DNA from: a bacterium
GTDB taxonomy: Bacteria; Patescibacteriota; Minisyncoccia; Phycocordibacterales; UBA12079
Assembly (NCBI GenBank): GCA_018401295.1
Contig: JAGYLJ010000002.1
Coordinates: 26,727-90,726, forward strand
Direction: 5' to 3'
Length of the DNA stretch: 64,000 bases
Below the pieces are notes generated by a model, which was not told the origin of the DNA, did not search any database, and saw nothing but the letters and a program-made list of their open reading frames with translations. The position numbers and the translations under genes are program-made. Shown one piece after another: positions 1 to 8,249 of this stretch; the stretch's first letter is position 1; every line of letters starts with the position of its first letter.

Positions 1-2
1 TT

Positions 3-530
3 CTTGAGAATAAAAACAAGGAAAAAGAGTTTGGTAATCGGATTACCAAATTAGTGGAGATTGTTTCTTATAGTTTAAATCCTAACCATTATCATTTTAT
101 TTTAAGTCCTTTGGTTGAGAATGGAATTGAAAAATTTATGCAGAAATTAGGTATTGGTTTTACAAGATATTTTAATGAAAAATACAAGAGATCAGGGGTT
201 TTATTTCAAGGTAAGTATAAATCTATACATATAAATACAGATAAATATTTAATGTATTTGAGTGCATATATAAATTTGAATAATAAGATACATTTTCTCT
301 CACATCCAGAATCTAAAGTAGATAAAGAAAAATTGTTTTATAAAAGTAGCTGGAAGGAATATTTGGGGGAAAACAAAGAAAATTTTTGTAATAAGAGTAT
401 TGTTTTAGGTAGATATAAAACAATTGATGATTATAGAGAATTCGCTGAAAGTGTGGCCGAGGGGATAATCGGAAGAAGAATTGATGAGGGAATACAACTA
501 GGGGAAGATTTGTTAATGGAAAAGTTTTGA
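3..530 (+). CDS. REP-associated tyrosine transposase (RAYT, IS200-like Y1/HUH family); 5' end lies upstream of window
   Basis: Frame open from base 3; HUH motif NHYHFIL; Tyr motif LFQGKYKS; REP-like palindromes inside and just downstream. Confidence 0.75.
   Translation, partial: LENKNKEKEFGNRITKLVEIVSYSLNPNHYHFILSPLVENGIEKFMQKLGIGFTRYFNEKYKRSGVLFQGKYKSIHINTDKYLMYLSAYINLNNKIHFLSHPESKVDKEKLFYKSSWKEYLGENKENFCNKSIVLGRYKTIDDYREFAESVAEGIIGRRIDEGIQLGEDLLMEKF
30..50. repeat. REP-like palindrome TTTGGTAATCGGATTACCAAA, inside the RAYT ORF (reads FGNRITK)
   Basis: Exact 21-bp palindrome shared with 5 other loci in the window. Confidence 0.9.
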
Positions 531-535
531 ATTAT

Positions 536-556
536 TTGGTAATCCGATTACCAAAC
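536..556. repeat. REP-like palindrome TTTGGTAATCCGATTACCAAA
   Basis: Exact copy 6 nt after the RAYT stop; central base orientation opposite to copy at 30. Confidence 0.9.
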
Positions 557-570
557 TGTAATACTCTTTC

Positions 571-591
571 TTTGGTAATCCGATTACCAAA
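571..591. repeat. REP-like palindrome TTTGGTAATCCGATTACCAAA
   Basis: Second tandem copy, 35 nt from the first. Confidence 0.9.
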
Positions 592-597
592 GAATAG

Positions 598-720
598 TTA
601 TCCACAGTTTTTTGGGTATTTATGGGGGATAAATTTAAATTGATAAGGTATAATAAAATTATTAATTTAGGGGAGGAATGGGTAAATAATGGAAGCAAGA
701 AGTGGATAAACTGTGGATAA
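598..720. promoter_or_regulatory. Cluster of DnaA-box-like 9-mers
   Basis: TTATCCACA at 598-606; AGTGGATAA at 701-709 (1 mismatch); TGTGGATAA at 712-720. Confidence 0.4.
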
Positions 721-729
721 CATATCGAA

Positions 730-879
730 ATGATAAATAAAATATCTTTAAAGTTTGTACTTGGTTTTTTTGGAATTTTGTTGCTAGCTATGATTGTTTT
801 GGTGGTAACTAGTTATTTTGATCAGAGTGGAGTTGATACAACTTCACCAGAAATTAATTTAGCAAATAATCAAATTTAA
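730..879 (+). CDS. Small (49 aa) membrane-anchored hypothetical protein
   Basis: ATG ORF below track cutoff, MINKISLKFVLGFFGILLLAMIVLVV..., one hydrophobic helix. Confidence 0.35.
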   Translation: MINKISLKFVLGFFGILLLAMIVLVVTSYFDQSGVDTTSPEINLANNQI

Positions 880-898
880 CTTACTTTAATAAAAAATT

Positions 899-1459
899 AT
901 GATTATAAGAAATATGAAGCCGAGAAAGAAGTATTTTATCGGTGGTTTTTTGGTGTTAGTGTTGGCGATTGGAGTGTTCCTAATGTTGCAAAACAGGGAA
1001 TTAGAAGTTAATTTTGATGAGAATGGAGTTCTAGTTGTGCCAGAGAAAGAATGGTTTGAGAGTCAGACACAATTTAATAAGAAGTTGGTTGATTTATTTG
1101 ATAGATTAGAAGAAATGAAAGCTCAAGATGATTTTGGTGGAGAAACTCCTCAGGAGACTTTTGATGCTTTTGTGGAAGCGTTGAAAGCGGGAGACACAGA
1201 TTTGGCTAGTCGGTATTTTGTGTTTAACAAACAAGAACAGATGGCGGAGGAGTTGGCCATTGGGAAGGAAAATGGGAACTTAGATTTGTTGATTGGTGAT
1301 TTGGAGAGAGTAATTGATGGGAGATTTTACTTTGGGAGAGATGATAAATATGAGTTTGTCGTAATAGGTAATAGTGGAGAATGGAATGGAATTGTAGAAT
1401 TTAGTTATAATCTGGTTAGGAATCCGGATACAAAAGTGTGGAAAATAGAAAGTTTGTAA
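899..1459 (+). CDS. Hypothetical protein with N-terminal membrane anchor
   Basis: ORF track; hydrophobic segment FIGGFLVLVLAIGVFLML; overlaps start of next gene. Confidence 0.6.
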   Translation: MIIRNMKPRKKYFIGGFLVLVLAIGVFLMLQNRELEVNFDENGVLVVPEKEWFESQTQFNKKLVDLFDRLEEMKAQDDFGGETPQETFDAFVEALKAGDTDLASRYFVFNKQEQMAEELAIGKENGNLDLLIGDLERVIDGRFYFGRDDKYEFVVIGNSGEWNGIVEFSYNLVRNPDTKVWKIESL

Positions 1460-4400
1460 AAATAATAATTGTTTTAATGGGGATGCTGAGCATCCCCATT
1501 TTTAGTAGTTTTGCTTACGATGATGAGATTACTCATCCTGCTTTGACTCAAGAAATAATTAAATTGTTTGAATCATATTATCCAGAATTTGGATTTAGTG
1601 AGAAAGAGATTAGCCGTATTGAATATGGGAGCCAAGCAGAAGATTCTCCTAATATAAGATGTTTGGCACATTTTTATGATCCTGTTTATGAAACTGGTTT
1701 GTTTGGAAATTTATCAGCCAAACAATGGGCTCTGTCCTCTGTGGCGCAAGGTCTTTTAGATGTTAAATATGATATATTTTTAGCTAATGTCTCTCAGAAT
1801 TTATTTGAATCTGAGACTGATTTTTCTTTTAATAGGGCAGTGTTTGAATATGTGCATGGGTATAAGCTGAGAGGTTTGGAAAGTTTGGGACACACCTTAC
1901 ATCTTCTTGAAGATATGGCCGTGCCTGATCATACAAGGAACGACGACCATGCTTTTGGTTCACCTTATGAGGAATATGCCAAGATGTGGAACAAAGATAA
2001 TATTGATATTGCTGACAACTTGATCGAAAACAGACAAAATCCTGTTGTTTATTCTAATTTAAATGATTATTTTTATAATTTGGCTTTGTTTAGTAATCAA
2101 AACTTTTTTAGCAAGGACACTATTTTTGATAAAAAATATGTAGAGCCGGTTATTGATTATGGAAAAGAAGAAATTTTGAGCGATGGTAGACACTATATCT
2201 TTGGTCATAAGAGGGTTAATAGTAACAAATTAATTAGAATAAAAAGAGAACGTGATATAAATAGCGGTGAGGTATATGAAAGATATTATCTTGATGATAT
2301 TGACAACCTAATCTTCACCGACTACTGGAACACTCTTTCTAAACAAGCTGTATTATACGGAGCAGGAGTTATCAAATTATTTTTTGATGCTGTAGAAGAA
2401 GAGAAGCAAACCCTAGCTTTGTATAAGAAAAATAGGAGTGGTTTTGATGTCGTTGTGGCCGGAGCCACTGATATAGCAAGAAGAATAGCTAAATTGACTT
2501 CAAGTTTGGCGGCGAATGTTAATAGGAGTTTGGGAGGTATCGATAGGCAAGATTTATTAGCAAATATTAGTTCTCAAGAAGAAGATGGTGTAAATGGAGA
2601 GGATTTAGGGGTGGAAATTGTAAGTGAAAGCTTGCAATTTCCACTCCTAAATCCTCCTAGTACCTCTGGTTTAAAACCCGAGGATCCAAATAGTCTTGAA
2701 CTGCAAAGACTCGCTTTAATTTTAAAAGAAGCACAAAAGTTAGTTAATCGCTTAGAAGAAAATATCGGCAATATTCGTGATCAAAACGTCGGAGGCGCTG
2801 GTGATGAAGACCTAATTACTGGTGAAAATGGTAATAATGGGAGTGAGGAAACAGGAAATAAAAATCACCCGGTAATCCAATTACCAAGTGATTTGGTGGG
2901 AAGTAATAATAATTATGGCGGGGGAGGAAGTGGTGGTGGCGGAGTCACCACCATCTCCTCGCCGTCAGTATCGGCAAGCACAGCAAGCGTCACGGTTGCC
3001 ACAACAACCCCCACAGAAACAGCCACCACCACTACCTCTACTGTGACAATTAACCCCCCTATTATAATTTCTCCTTTTAATTTCTCTAGATTTGCTACCA
3101 CTACAATAACTTTTTCGGGAACTGCTTCTTCAACTCAAATTATTTCAACAGATTTTTCCAGTGCCACCACAACTGTTGATCAAAATAACGATTGGGAATT
3201 AAATCTTTCTAATTTTTCACAAGGTACAACCACTTTGGCGTTTTTTGCTAATGACGGCCAAAATACTTCAAGTTCAACTGAAATTGAAATTTTTGTTAAC
3301 TCTACTGCCACAACAACTCCTCTTGTTACCATTGATGCTCCATCTTTAGAGATTAACCAGTGTGATAATTCAATTTCATCATCTTCTTGTTTAATTACTA
3401 CTACAACCCTAGATATCCAGTGGGCGACTAGTTCTCCCTGTACCGATTTTTCTCATTTTAATATTGAAAGTGATGGTGTTTTTTCAACCACCGTTGCCAC
3501 CAGCACTCGGATTACCAATTTAAACGACAATTCTAATTATACTTTTTCGGTGGCGGTGGTTGATATCAATGGAAACGCCTCTGCCACCACCACTCAAATG
3601 GCAATAGTAAGTATTTTACCAGTTGTTATTAATGAAATTGCTTGGGCGGGGACAGATGCTTCCAGTGCTGATGAATGGATTGAACTTTATAATCGTAGTA
3701 ATCGAGATATTGATCTAACAGATTGGGTTCTATATGCAGAAGATTTCTCCCCTGTGATTTCTTTTTCTGAAGCCTCAGACAAAATTATTGAAGCTAGGAG
3801 TTATTATTTGATTGAAAGAACTGATGATACGACCATCAGCGATATTTCTGCTGATTTTACAGCGCCTTTTAGTGGTTGGACAAGTAGTTCGGGCTTATCT
3901 AATAATGGTGAAAATCTTATTTTAGCTTATAAAAAAACTAATCAAGCCACCACGACAGTAGACGAAATCCTTTTTGGAAGTGGTTGGCCCACAGGAGATA
4001 ATTATAGGACATTAGAAAAGTACGATCCAGATTTACCGGGGTCAGAAACAGGGAATTGGGCTTTGTCTATTGGGAAATACATTTTGAATGGTCATGATAG
4101 TAGTGGGGTGACTACAATAAAAGGAACACCAAAAGCTAGAAATAGTATTAATTATAAAATTGCGAAGGAAGATTCTTTGGCTAAAGACAAAATAATTACA
4201 AAAACCAATTCGCCATATTTTGTTGGGATTGACGGGTTAACCATTCAAAGTGGAGTAGTTTTAACCATTGAAGAGGGAGTTATTATTAAATCTGTCCGAT
4301 ACAACAACGCGGATATAATAGTTAATGGTTCTATTCATGCGAACGGCTCAGATAGTGAACCAATTATTTTCACTGCTTTTTCTGATGACATAAATGGAGA

Positions 4401-5478
4401 TACCAACGGTGATGGTGTTTGCGTGTCTCCTTATTGTCCTGGCGAAGATAATTATTGGTCTCAGATAATTTTTTTACCTAATAGCCAAAATTCAGAATTT
4501 AATCATACAATTTTCCGATACGGTGGTCAGCGACTTAGTTCTACATATCCAACAGCGATGGTTATAATGGATGAGGCTACTGCTAATTTTAATGATAGTA
4601 TTTTTGAAAATTCTTATACCAGTGGTGCGTACTTTGAATCGGCCACTTCAACTATTTCAAACTGTACTTTTCAAAATAACAAAACACAGATTGCTTATAC
4701 TGATTATCATCCAACTTATTATAACCAATATTACGGATTGGTTGCTTTAGGTGGAGGAATCACGGTTCGAAATTCTAATTTTAATCATAATCAAGTGGGT
4801 TTGGGTTTATCTGATACATTCGGGGCTGTGGTTGATTCCAATATATTTGATAATAATAACAGTAATGAGGAATCTTTTCCTTTGGAACTTAGTGGTTCCT
4901 CTGGGTTTATCTTAACGAGTAATTCAGGTACAGGTAATGATAAAAATGGTATTTCTGTTTGGGGGAATGTCACAAAAGAAGGTATAAATACTGTTTTGGT
5001 GGAAAATTCTTTACCCTATATCTTAGAAAAAGGGTTATCTGTGGCAGGAAATTCCACTTTAGAAATTGGGCCTAAAACTGTTTTCAAGTTTGATGGAGGG
5101 GGTATAGGTGTTAGTGGATATTTAAATATAGACGGGGGTAATAATGAGGTAGATAAAATTTTATTCTCATCAATGTCTAATAGTATCGCTAGCCAAAGTG
5201 GAATAAGTTTTAGTTCGTCGACTTCAAGTATTAAAAACGCTGAGTTTAGTTATTTAGATAAAGCGTTAGCTTTTATAAACTGCAATCCAGTAGATCTAAA
5301 CCTAGAAAACGTGAGATTTAATAACAACACTTGGTCTATTTACGCCGATAATCAAAATGCTCAGGTGACTTTTGCCAATAAATTGTTATTTGCTACCACA
5401 ACATCACAGTCAATGAATGCTGCTGTTCAGACAGCTTTACAAAATGCTAAGGATAATGGGGCTGATATTGCCTGGTAG
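1438..5478 (+). CDS. Giant secreted/surface protein with four recognisable parts. They are a Zn-phospholipase C / S1-P1 nuclease-like N-terminus, a Thr-rich linker, a lamin-tail (LTD) domain and right-handed beta-helix-like repeats
   Basis: 1346-aa ORF; signal-like MGMLSIPIFSSFA; LHLLEDMAVPDHTRND; LTD-like VINEIAWAGT...EWIELYN; domain names are from memory. Confidence 0.8.
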   Translation: MENRKFVKIIIVLMGMLSIPIFSSFAYDDEITHPALTQEIIKLFESYYPEFGFSEKEISRIEYGSQAEDSPNIRCLAHFYDPVYETGLFGNLSAKQWALSSVAQGLLDVKYDIFLANVSQNLFESETDFSFNRAVFEYVHGYKLRGLESLGHTLHLLEDMAVPDHTRNDDHAFGSPYEEYAKMWNKDNIDIADNLIENRQNPVVYSNLNDYFYNLALFSNQNFFSKDTIFDKKYVEPVIDYGKEEILSDGRHYIFGHKRVNSNKLIRIKRERDINSGEVYERYYLDDIDNLIFTDYWNTLSKQAVLYGAGVIKLFFDAVEEEKQTLALYKKNRSGFDVVVAGATDIARRIAKLTSSLAANVNRSLGGIDRQDLLANISSQEEDGVNGEDLGVEIVSESLQFPLLNPPSTSGLKPEDPNSLELQRLALILKEAQKLVNRLEENIGNIRDQNVGGAGDEDLITGENGNNGSEETGNKNHPVIQLPSDLVGSNNNYGGGGSGGGGVTTISSPSVSASTASVTVATTTPTETATTTTSTVTINPPIIISPFNFSRFATTTITFSGTASSTQIISTDFSSATTTVDQNNDWELNLSNFSQGTTTLAFFANDGQNTSSSTEIEIFVNSTATTTPLVTIDAPSLEINQCDNSISSSSCLITTTTLDIQWATSSPCTDFSHFNIESDGVFSTTVATSTRITNLNDNSNYTFSVAVVDINGNASATTTQMAIVSILPVVINEIAWAGTDASSADEWIELYNRSNRDIDLTDWVLYAEDFSPVISFSEASDKIIEARSYYLIERTDDTTISDISADFTAPFSGWTSSSGLSNNGENLILAYKKTNQATTTVDEILFGSGWPTGDNYRTLEKYDPDLPGSETGNWALSIGKYILNGHDSSGVTTIKGTPKARNSINYKIAKEDSLAKDKIITKTNSPYFVGIDGLTIQSGVVLTIEEGVIIKSVRYNNADIIVNGSIHANGSDSEPIIFTAFSDDINGDTNGDGVCVSPYCPGEDNYWSQIIFLPNSQNSEFNHTIFRYGGQRLSSTYPTAMVIMDEATANFNDSIFENSYTSGAYFESATSTISNCTFQNNKTQIAYTDYHPTYYNQYYGLVALGGGITVRNSNFNHNQVGLGLSDTFGAVVDSNIFDNNNSNEESFPLELSGSSGFILTSNSGTGNDKNGISVWGNVTKEGINTVLVENSLPYILEKGLSVAGNSTLEIGPKTVFKFDGGGIGVSGYLNIDGGNNEVDKILFSSMSNSIASQSGISFSSSTSSIKNAEFSYLDKALAFINCNPVDLNLENVRFNNNTWSIYADNQNAQVTFANKLLFATTTSQSMNAAVQTALQNAKDNGADIAW
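2862..2894. repeat. Variant REP palindrome AAATCACCCGGTAATCCAATTACCAAGTGATTT inside the giant ORF
   Basis: 33-nt imperfect palindrome with GGTAATCCAATTACC core; translated HPVIQLPSD. Confidence 0.7.
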
Positions 5479-5591
5479 TTGACAATTTTGCTTGTTTTTC
5501 GTTATTTTAAGGACTTCGTTGACTTTTTTAGTGCCACAGCTATACTAACAGTATTAGTCGAGGTAATTATTAAATTTAATTCAAAGTAAAT

Positions 5592-5945
5592 ATGGATTCT
5601 TTTAAAGACGGGAAATATATTATAGGTTTTTTGATAGGAATTATTTGTTCTTTTTTGGTAATGGGTGGGATTAAAAATTATCTAGGCGTTGATGACGCAG
5701 ATTTGTCTGATACACAGGTACCAGGAGAAAGCCAAGTGATTGGTGAAAAAGAAGGTGAAGATTTAACTGTTGTTGATGAACAGTCTGAATCTGATGTTGT
5801 TAGCCAAACTACACCTGTTAATTCTGGAGTAACTAAACCTGAGGACCCACATAGTCCAGAATTACAGAGACTTGATTTAATTCTAAGAGAGGCTGGAAAG
5901 ATGGTAGATAGAATGTCTGCAGAGATAAATTCTGCCACAAAATAA
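5592..5945 (+). CDS. Membrane-anchored protein sharing a ~65-aa module with the giant protein
   Basis: KPEDPHSPELQRLDLILREAGKMV here versus KPEDPNSLELQRLALILKEAQKLV in ORF 1438..5478. Confidence 0.6.
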   Translation: MDSFKDGKYIIGFLIGIICSFLVMGGIKNYLGVDDADLSDTQVPGESQVIGEKEGEDLTVVDEQSESDVVSQTTPVNSGVTKPEDPHSPELQRLDLILREAGKMVDRMSAEINSATK

Positions 5946-6113
5946 TACTGAGGACTAAATCTAACTAAAAAAGTATAAAATGCTATTTTATTGCATATCT
6001 CTTTTATATATGCTTTAATAATACCAATAAAGATCAGAGAAAGTAGGCACCACTCCAATTTGGGGTATAAATTAAGCCCTACCGAGGTCGAAACATATAA
6101 GTGTTTTTCTCTG

Positions 6114-6142
6114 AATCTTATTAGAAATAATAAGATTTTTTT
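6114..6142 (+). terminator. Intrinsic terminator-like hairpin
   Basis: AATCTTATTA-GAAA-TAATAAGATT followed by a T-run. Confidence 0.5.
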
Positions 6143-6239
6143 AGTTCAGTAGTGGGCTAAATAAACCCTGTTAGAAACCGATTCGTATTTTTATTAGATT
6201 TCAGCGTTTTAGTTTTTGATGGGGTAAATAAAAATTAAT

Positions 6240-6731
6240 ATGGCAATTAAAAAAGGGAAGAAGGAAGAAATTTGTAAAAAAGTGAAAGACGTTGTAGATG
6301 ATTTTTCTACGGTTGTTTTTGTTAACTTTCACGGCCTTAATGTTATAGACACGACCCAACTTAAGTCTTCTTTAAGAGAAGATGATTCGTTTTATCTAGT
6401 TGCTAAAAAGTCTTTAGTTAAGAGGGTTTTGCAAGATTCTTCTATTAAAGGTGAAATCCCAGAGTTGGACGGTGAACTTGCGTTAGCTTATAGCAAGGAT
6501 CAAATTTCCCCAGCTCGAGGTGTTTTTGAATTTCAAAAGAAACATAAAGAAAAAATCTCTATTTTGGGGGGTATTTTTGAGGGGACCTATGTTGATAAAG
6601 ACAAAATGTCATCAATTGCACAAATTCCTTCACTATTGACGTTGAGAGCTCAATTTGTGAACCTCATTAATTCACCAATTCAAGGTTTAGTTATAGCTTT
6701 GAATCAAATAGCTGAGAAACAAGAAGTTTAA
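6240..6731 (+). CDS. rplJ: 50S ribosomal protein L10
   Basis: Translation typical of L10; followed by rplL. Confidence 0.9.
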   Translation: MAIKKGKKEEICKKVKDVVDDFSTVVFVNFHGLNVIDTTQLKSSLREDDSFYLVAKKSLVKRVLQDSSIKGEIPELDGELALAYSKDQISPARGVFEFQKKHKEKISILGGIFEGTYVDKDKMSSIAQIPSLLTLRAQFVNLINSPIQGLVIALNQIAEKQEV

Positions 6732-6747
6732 ATTATTAAAATAATTT

Positions 6748-6850
6748 AAAAGTCTATAAGGTCCATAAAGTTCATAAAGTCGGAAGTAAAATTTGCAAAA
6801 CAAATTTTATAGAATAGACTTTACGACTTTAAAGACTTTTGACTTTTGAC
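6748..6850. promoter_or_regulatory. Long imperfect palindrome of GACTTT-type units around the hairpin AAAATTTG-CAAAA-CAAATTTT (6788-6808)
   Basis: Left arm AAAGTC.. units mirror right arm TAGACTTTACGACTTTAAAGACTTTTGACTTTTGAC; lies between rplJ and rplL. Confidence 0.6.
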
Positions 6851-6860
6851 TAACAATATT

Positions 6861-7373
6861 ATGACTGAAGATAAAAAAGATGATGTAGTAGTTTCTGAAG
6901 ATGTTGTGGAAACTCCTGCCGTAGTAGAAGAAGTAAAAGCAGAAAAAGTTGAAGAAAAGAAAGAAGTAAAAGAGGAAGCTCAAGGAGCAGAAGTTGAAGT
7001 ACCAAAGAAATTTAAAGCAATTGTTGATGAAATTGATTCAATGTCAGTTTTAGATTTATATGAATTAGTAAAATTGCTTGAGAAGAAATTTGGTGTTTCT
7101 GCTGCAGCCGTTGCTGTTGCTGGGGGTGCATCAAATGGAGGAGGTGAAGAGTCAGAAGAAAAAAGTTCTTTTGATGTTGAACTTACATCTTCCGGAGCTC
7201 AAAAAATAGCGGTTATTAAGGTAGTTAAAGCTTCTCTAGGTTTAGGTCTAAAAGAAGCTAAAGAATTAGTTGATTCTGCTCCTGTAGCTCTAAAGAAAGG
7301 AATGAAGAAAGATGAAGCTGAAGCTTTAAAGAAAGAGATTGAAGACGCAGGTGGAACAGTAGAATTAAAATAA
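6861..7373 (+). CDS. rplL: 50S ribosomal protein L7/L12 with an acidic/Lys-rich N-terminal extension of ~48 aa
   Basis: C-terminal 120 aa canonical ([22 protein letters not shown]...[11 protein letters not shown]); first ATG at 6861. Confidence 0.9.
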   Translation: MTEDKKDDVVVSEDVVETPAVVEEVKAEKVEEKKEVKEEAQGAEVEVPKKFKAIVDEIDSMSVLDLYELVKLLEKKFGVSAAAVAVAGGASNGGGEESEEKSSFDVELTSSGAQKIAVIKVVKASLGLGLKEAKELVDSAPVALKKGMKKDEAEALKKEIEDAGGTVELK

Positions 7374-7400
7374 AGGGTTAAATCTACGAATATAGGTATA

Positions 7401-7436
7401 AAAAAAGACGATTTGCTAAAGCAAATCGTCTTTTTT
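7401..7436 (+). terminator. Intrinsic terminator after rplL
   Basis: AAAAAAGACGATTTGC-TAAA-GCAAATCGTCTTTTTT. Confidence 0.8.
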
Positions 7437-7473
7437 GTTGCTGGTATAAAAGACAGGTGTTATAATATTTACC

Positions 7474-8088
7474 ATGGAAATATTAGCTAAATTATTTGGA
7501 AGTGTTGCGAGAGTTAAAATAATGAAGTTATTTTTACTTAACCCTGAACAAGCCTTTGAAAATAAAGAAATCTCTGAGAGAACAAAGATTACTGCAACGG
7601 CCTCAAGAACAGAATTGAATTTATTAAGTAAAATAGACTTTATTAAAAAAAAGACTTTTTTTAAGGAAAGTGTAAAAAAGTCTAACAGTGGCAAAATAAG
7701 TAAAAAAAAGGTTGAAGGTTGGATTTTAAATAAAGATTTTCGTTTTATAGCGCCTTTAGAAAATCTTTTGGTTGAGAGTGGAACTTTGAAATCAGAGGAA
7801 ATTATTGATAAGTTAAAAAGTGTTGGAAATTTGAAGTTATTGATAGTGGCAGGTGTCTTTATCCAAGATATGAATAGCCGAGCTGACATTTTGATAGTGG
7901 GGGATAATTTGAACGAAGTATTTCTGGAAAAATCAATGAGGGTCTTAGAATCTGAGGTTGGGAAGGAATTAAGATATGTAGTTTTTGAGACAGATGATTT
8001 CAAATATCGTTTGGGTATATACGATAAATTATTACGTGATATTCTTGATTACTCTCATAAGAAGATTATAAATAAAATTGGAGTTTAA
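7474..8088 (+). CDS. Hypothetical protein, possible winged-helix N-terminus
   Basis: ORF track; the antisense ORF 7416..8003 is judged a shadow. Confidence 0.55.
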   Translation: MEILAKLFGSVARVKIMKLFLLNPEQAFENKEISERTKITATASRTELNLLSKIDFIKKKTFFKESVKKSNSGKISKKKVEGWILNKDFRFIAPLENLLVESGTLKSEEIIDKLKSVGNLKLLIVAGVFIQDMNSRADILIVGDNLNEVFLEKSMRVLESEVGKELRYVVFETDDFKYRLGIYDKLLRDILDYSHKKIINKIGV

Positions 8089-8249
8089 TTTATCCACAGT
8101 TTTCTTCCTTTTATTCTTGTTTAAATGTTATTATGTAAGTTACAAATAGAAAAGAGGTCGTTAACCCATGGCAATTAATGTTATACATATTGTTGTGGTG
8201 ATGTTTATTAGCAATTATTATTAATTTTTTTAATCTTAAAATAAATAAC

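Noticed and set aside
513-698. Track ORF on the minus strand (61 aa, ...SLVIGLPKKEYYSLVIGLP...)
   Set aside because: It is simply the alternative reading frame of the two tandem REP palindromes and AT-rich spacer. It has no RBS and no coding signature.
598-720. Chromosomal replication origin (oriC)
   Set aside because: There are only three DnaA-box-like sites. No dnaA, dnaN or gyrB is adjacent and no obvious AT-rich 13-mer unwinding repeats are present. It cannot be called an origin without a skew analysis.
7416-8003. Antisense shadow ORFs opposite real genes, for example 7416..8003, 9797..10273, 12439..12789, 22339..22734, 37295..37654, 52282..52740 and 61023..61487
   Set aside because: Each lies fully inside a well-supported gene on the other strand and has a low-complexity Ser/Leu/Phe-rich translation typical of AT-rich antisense frames.
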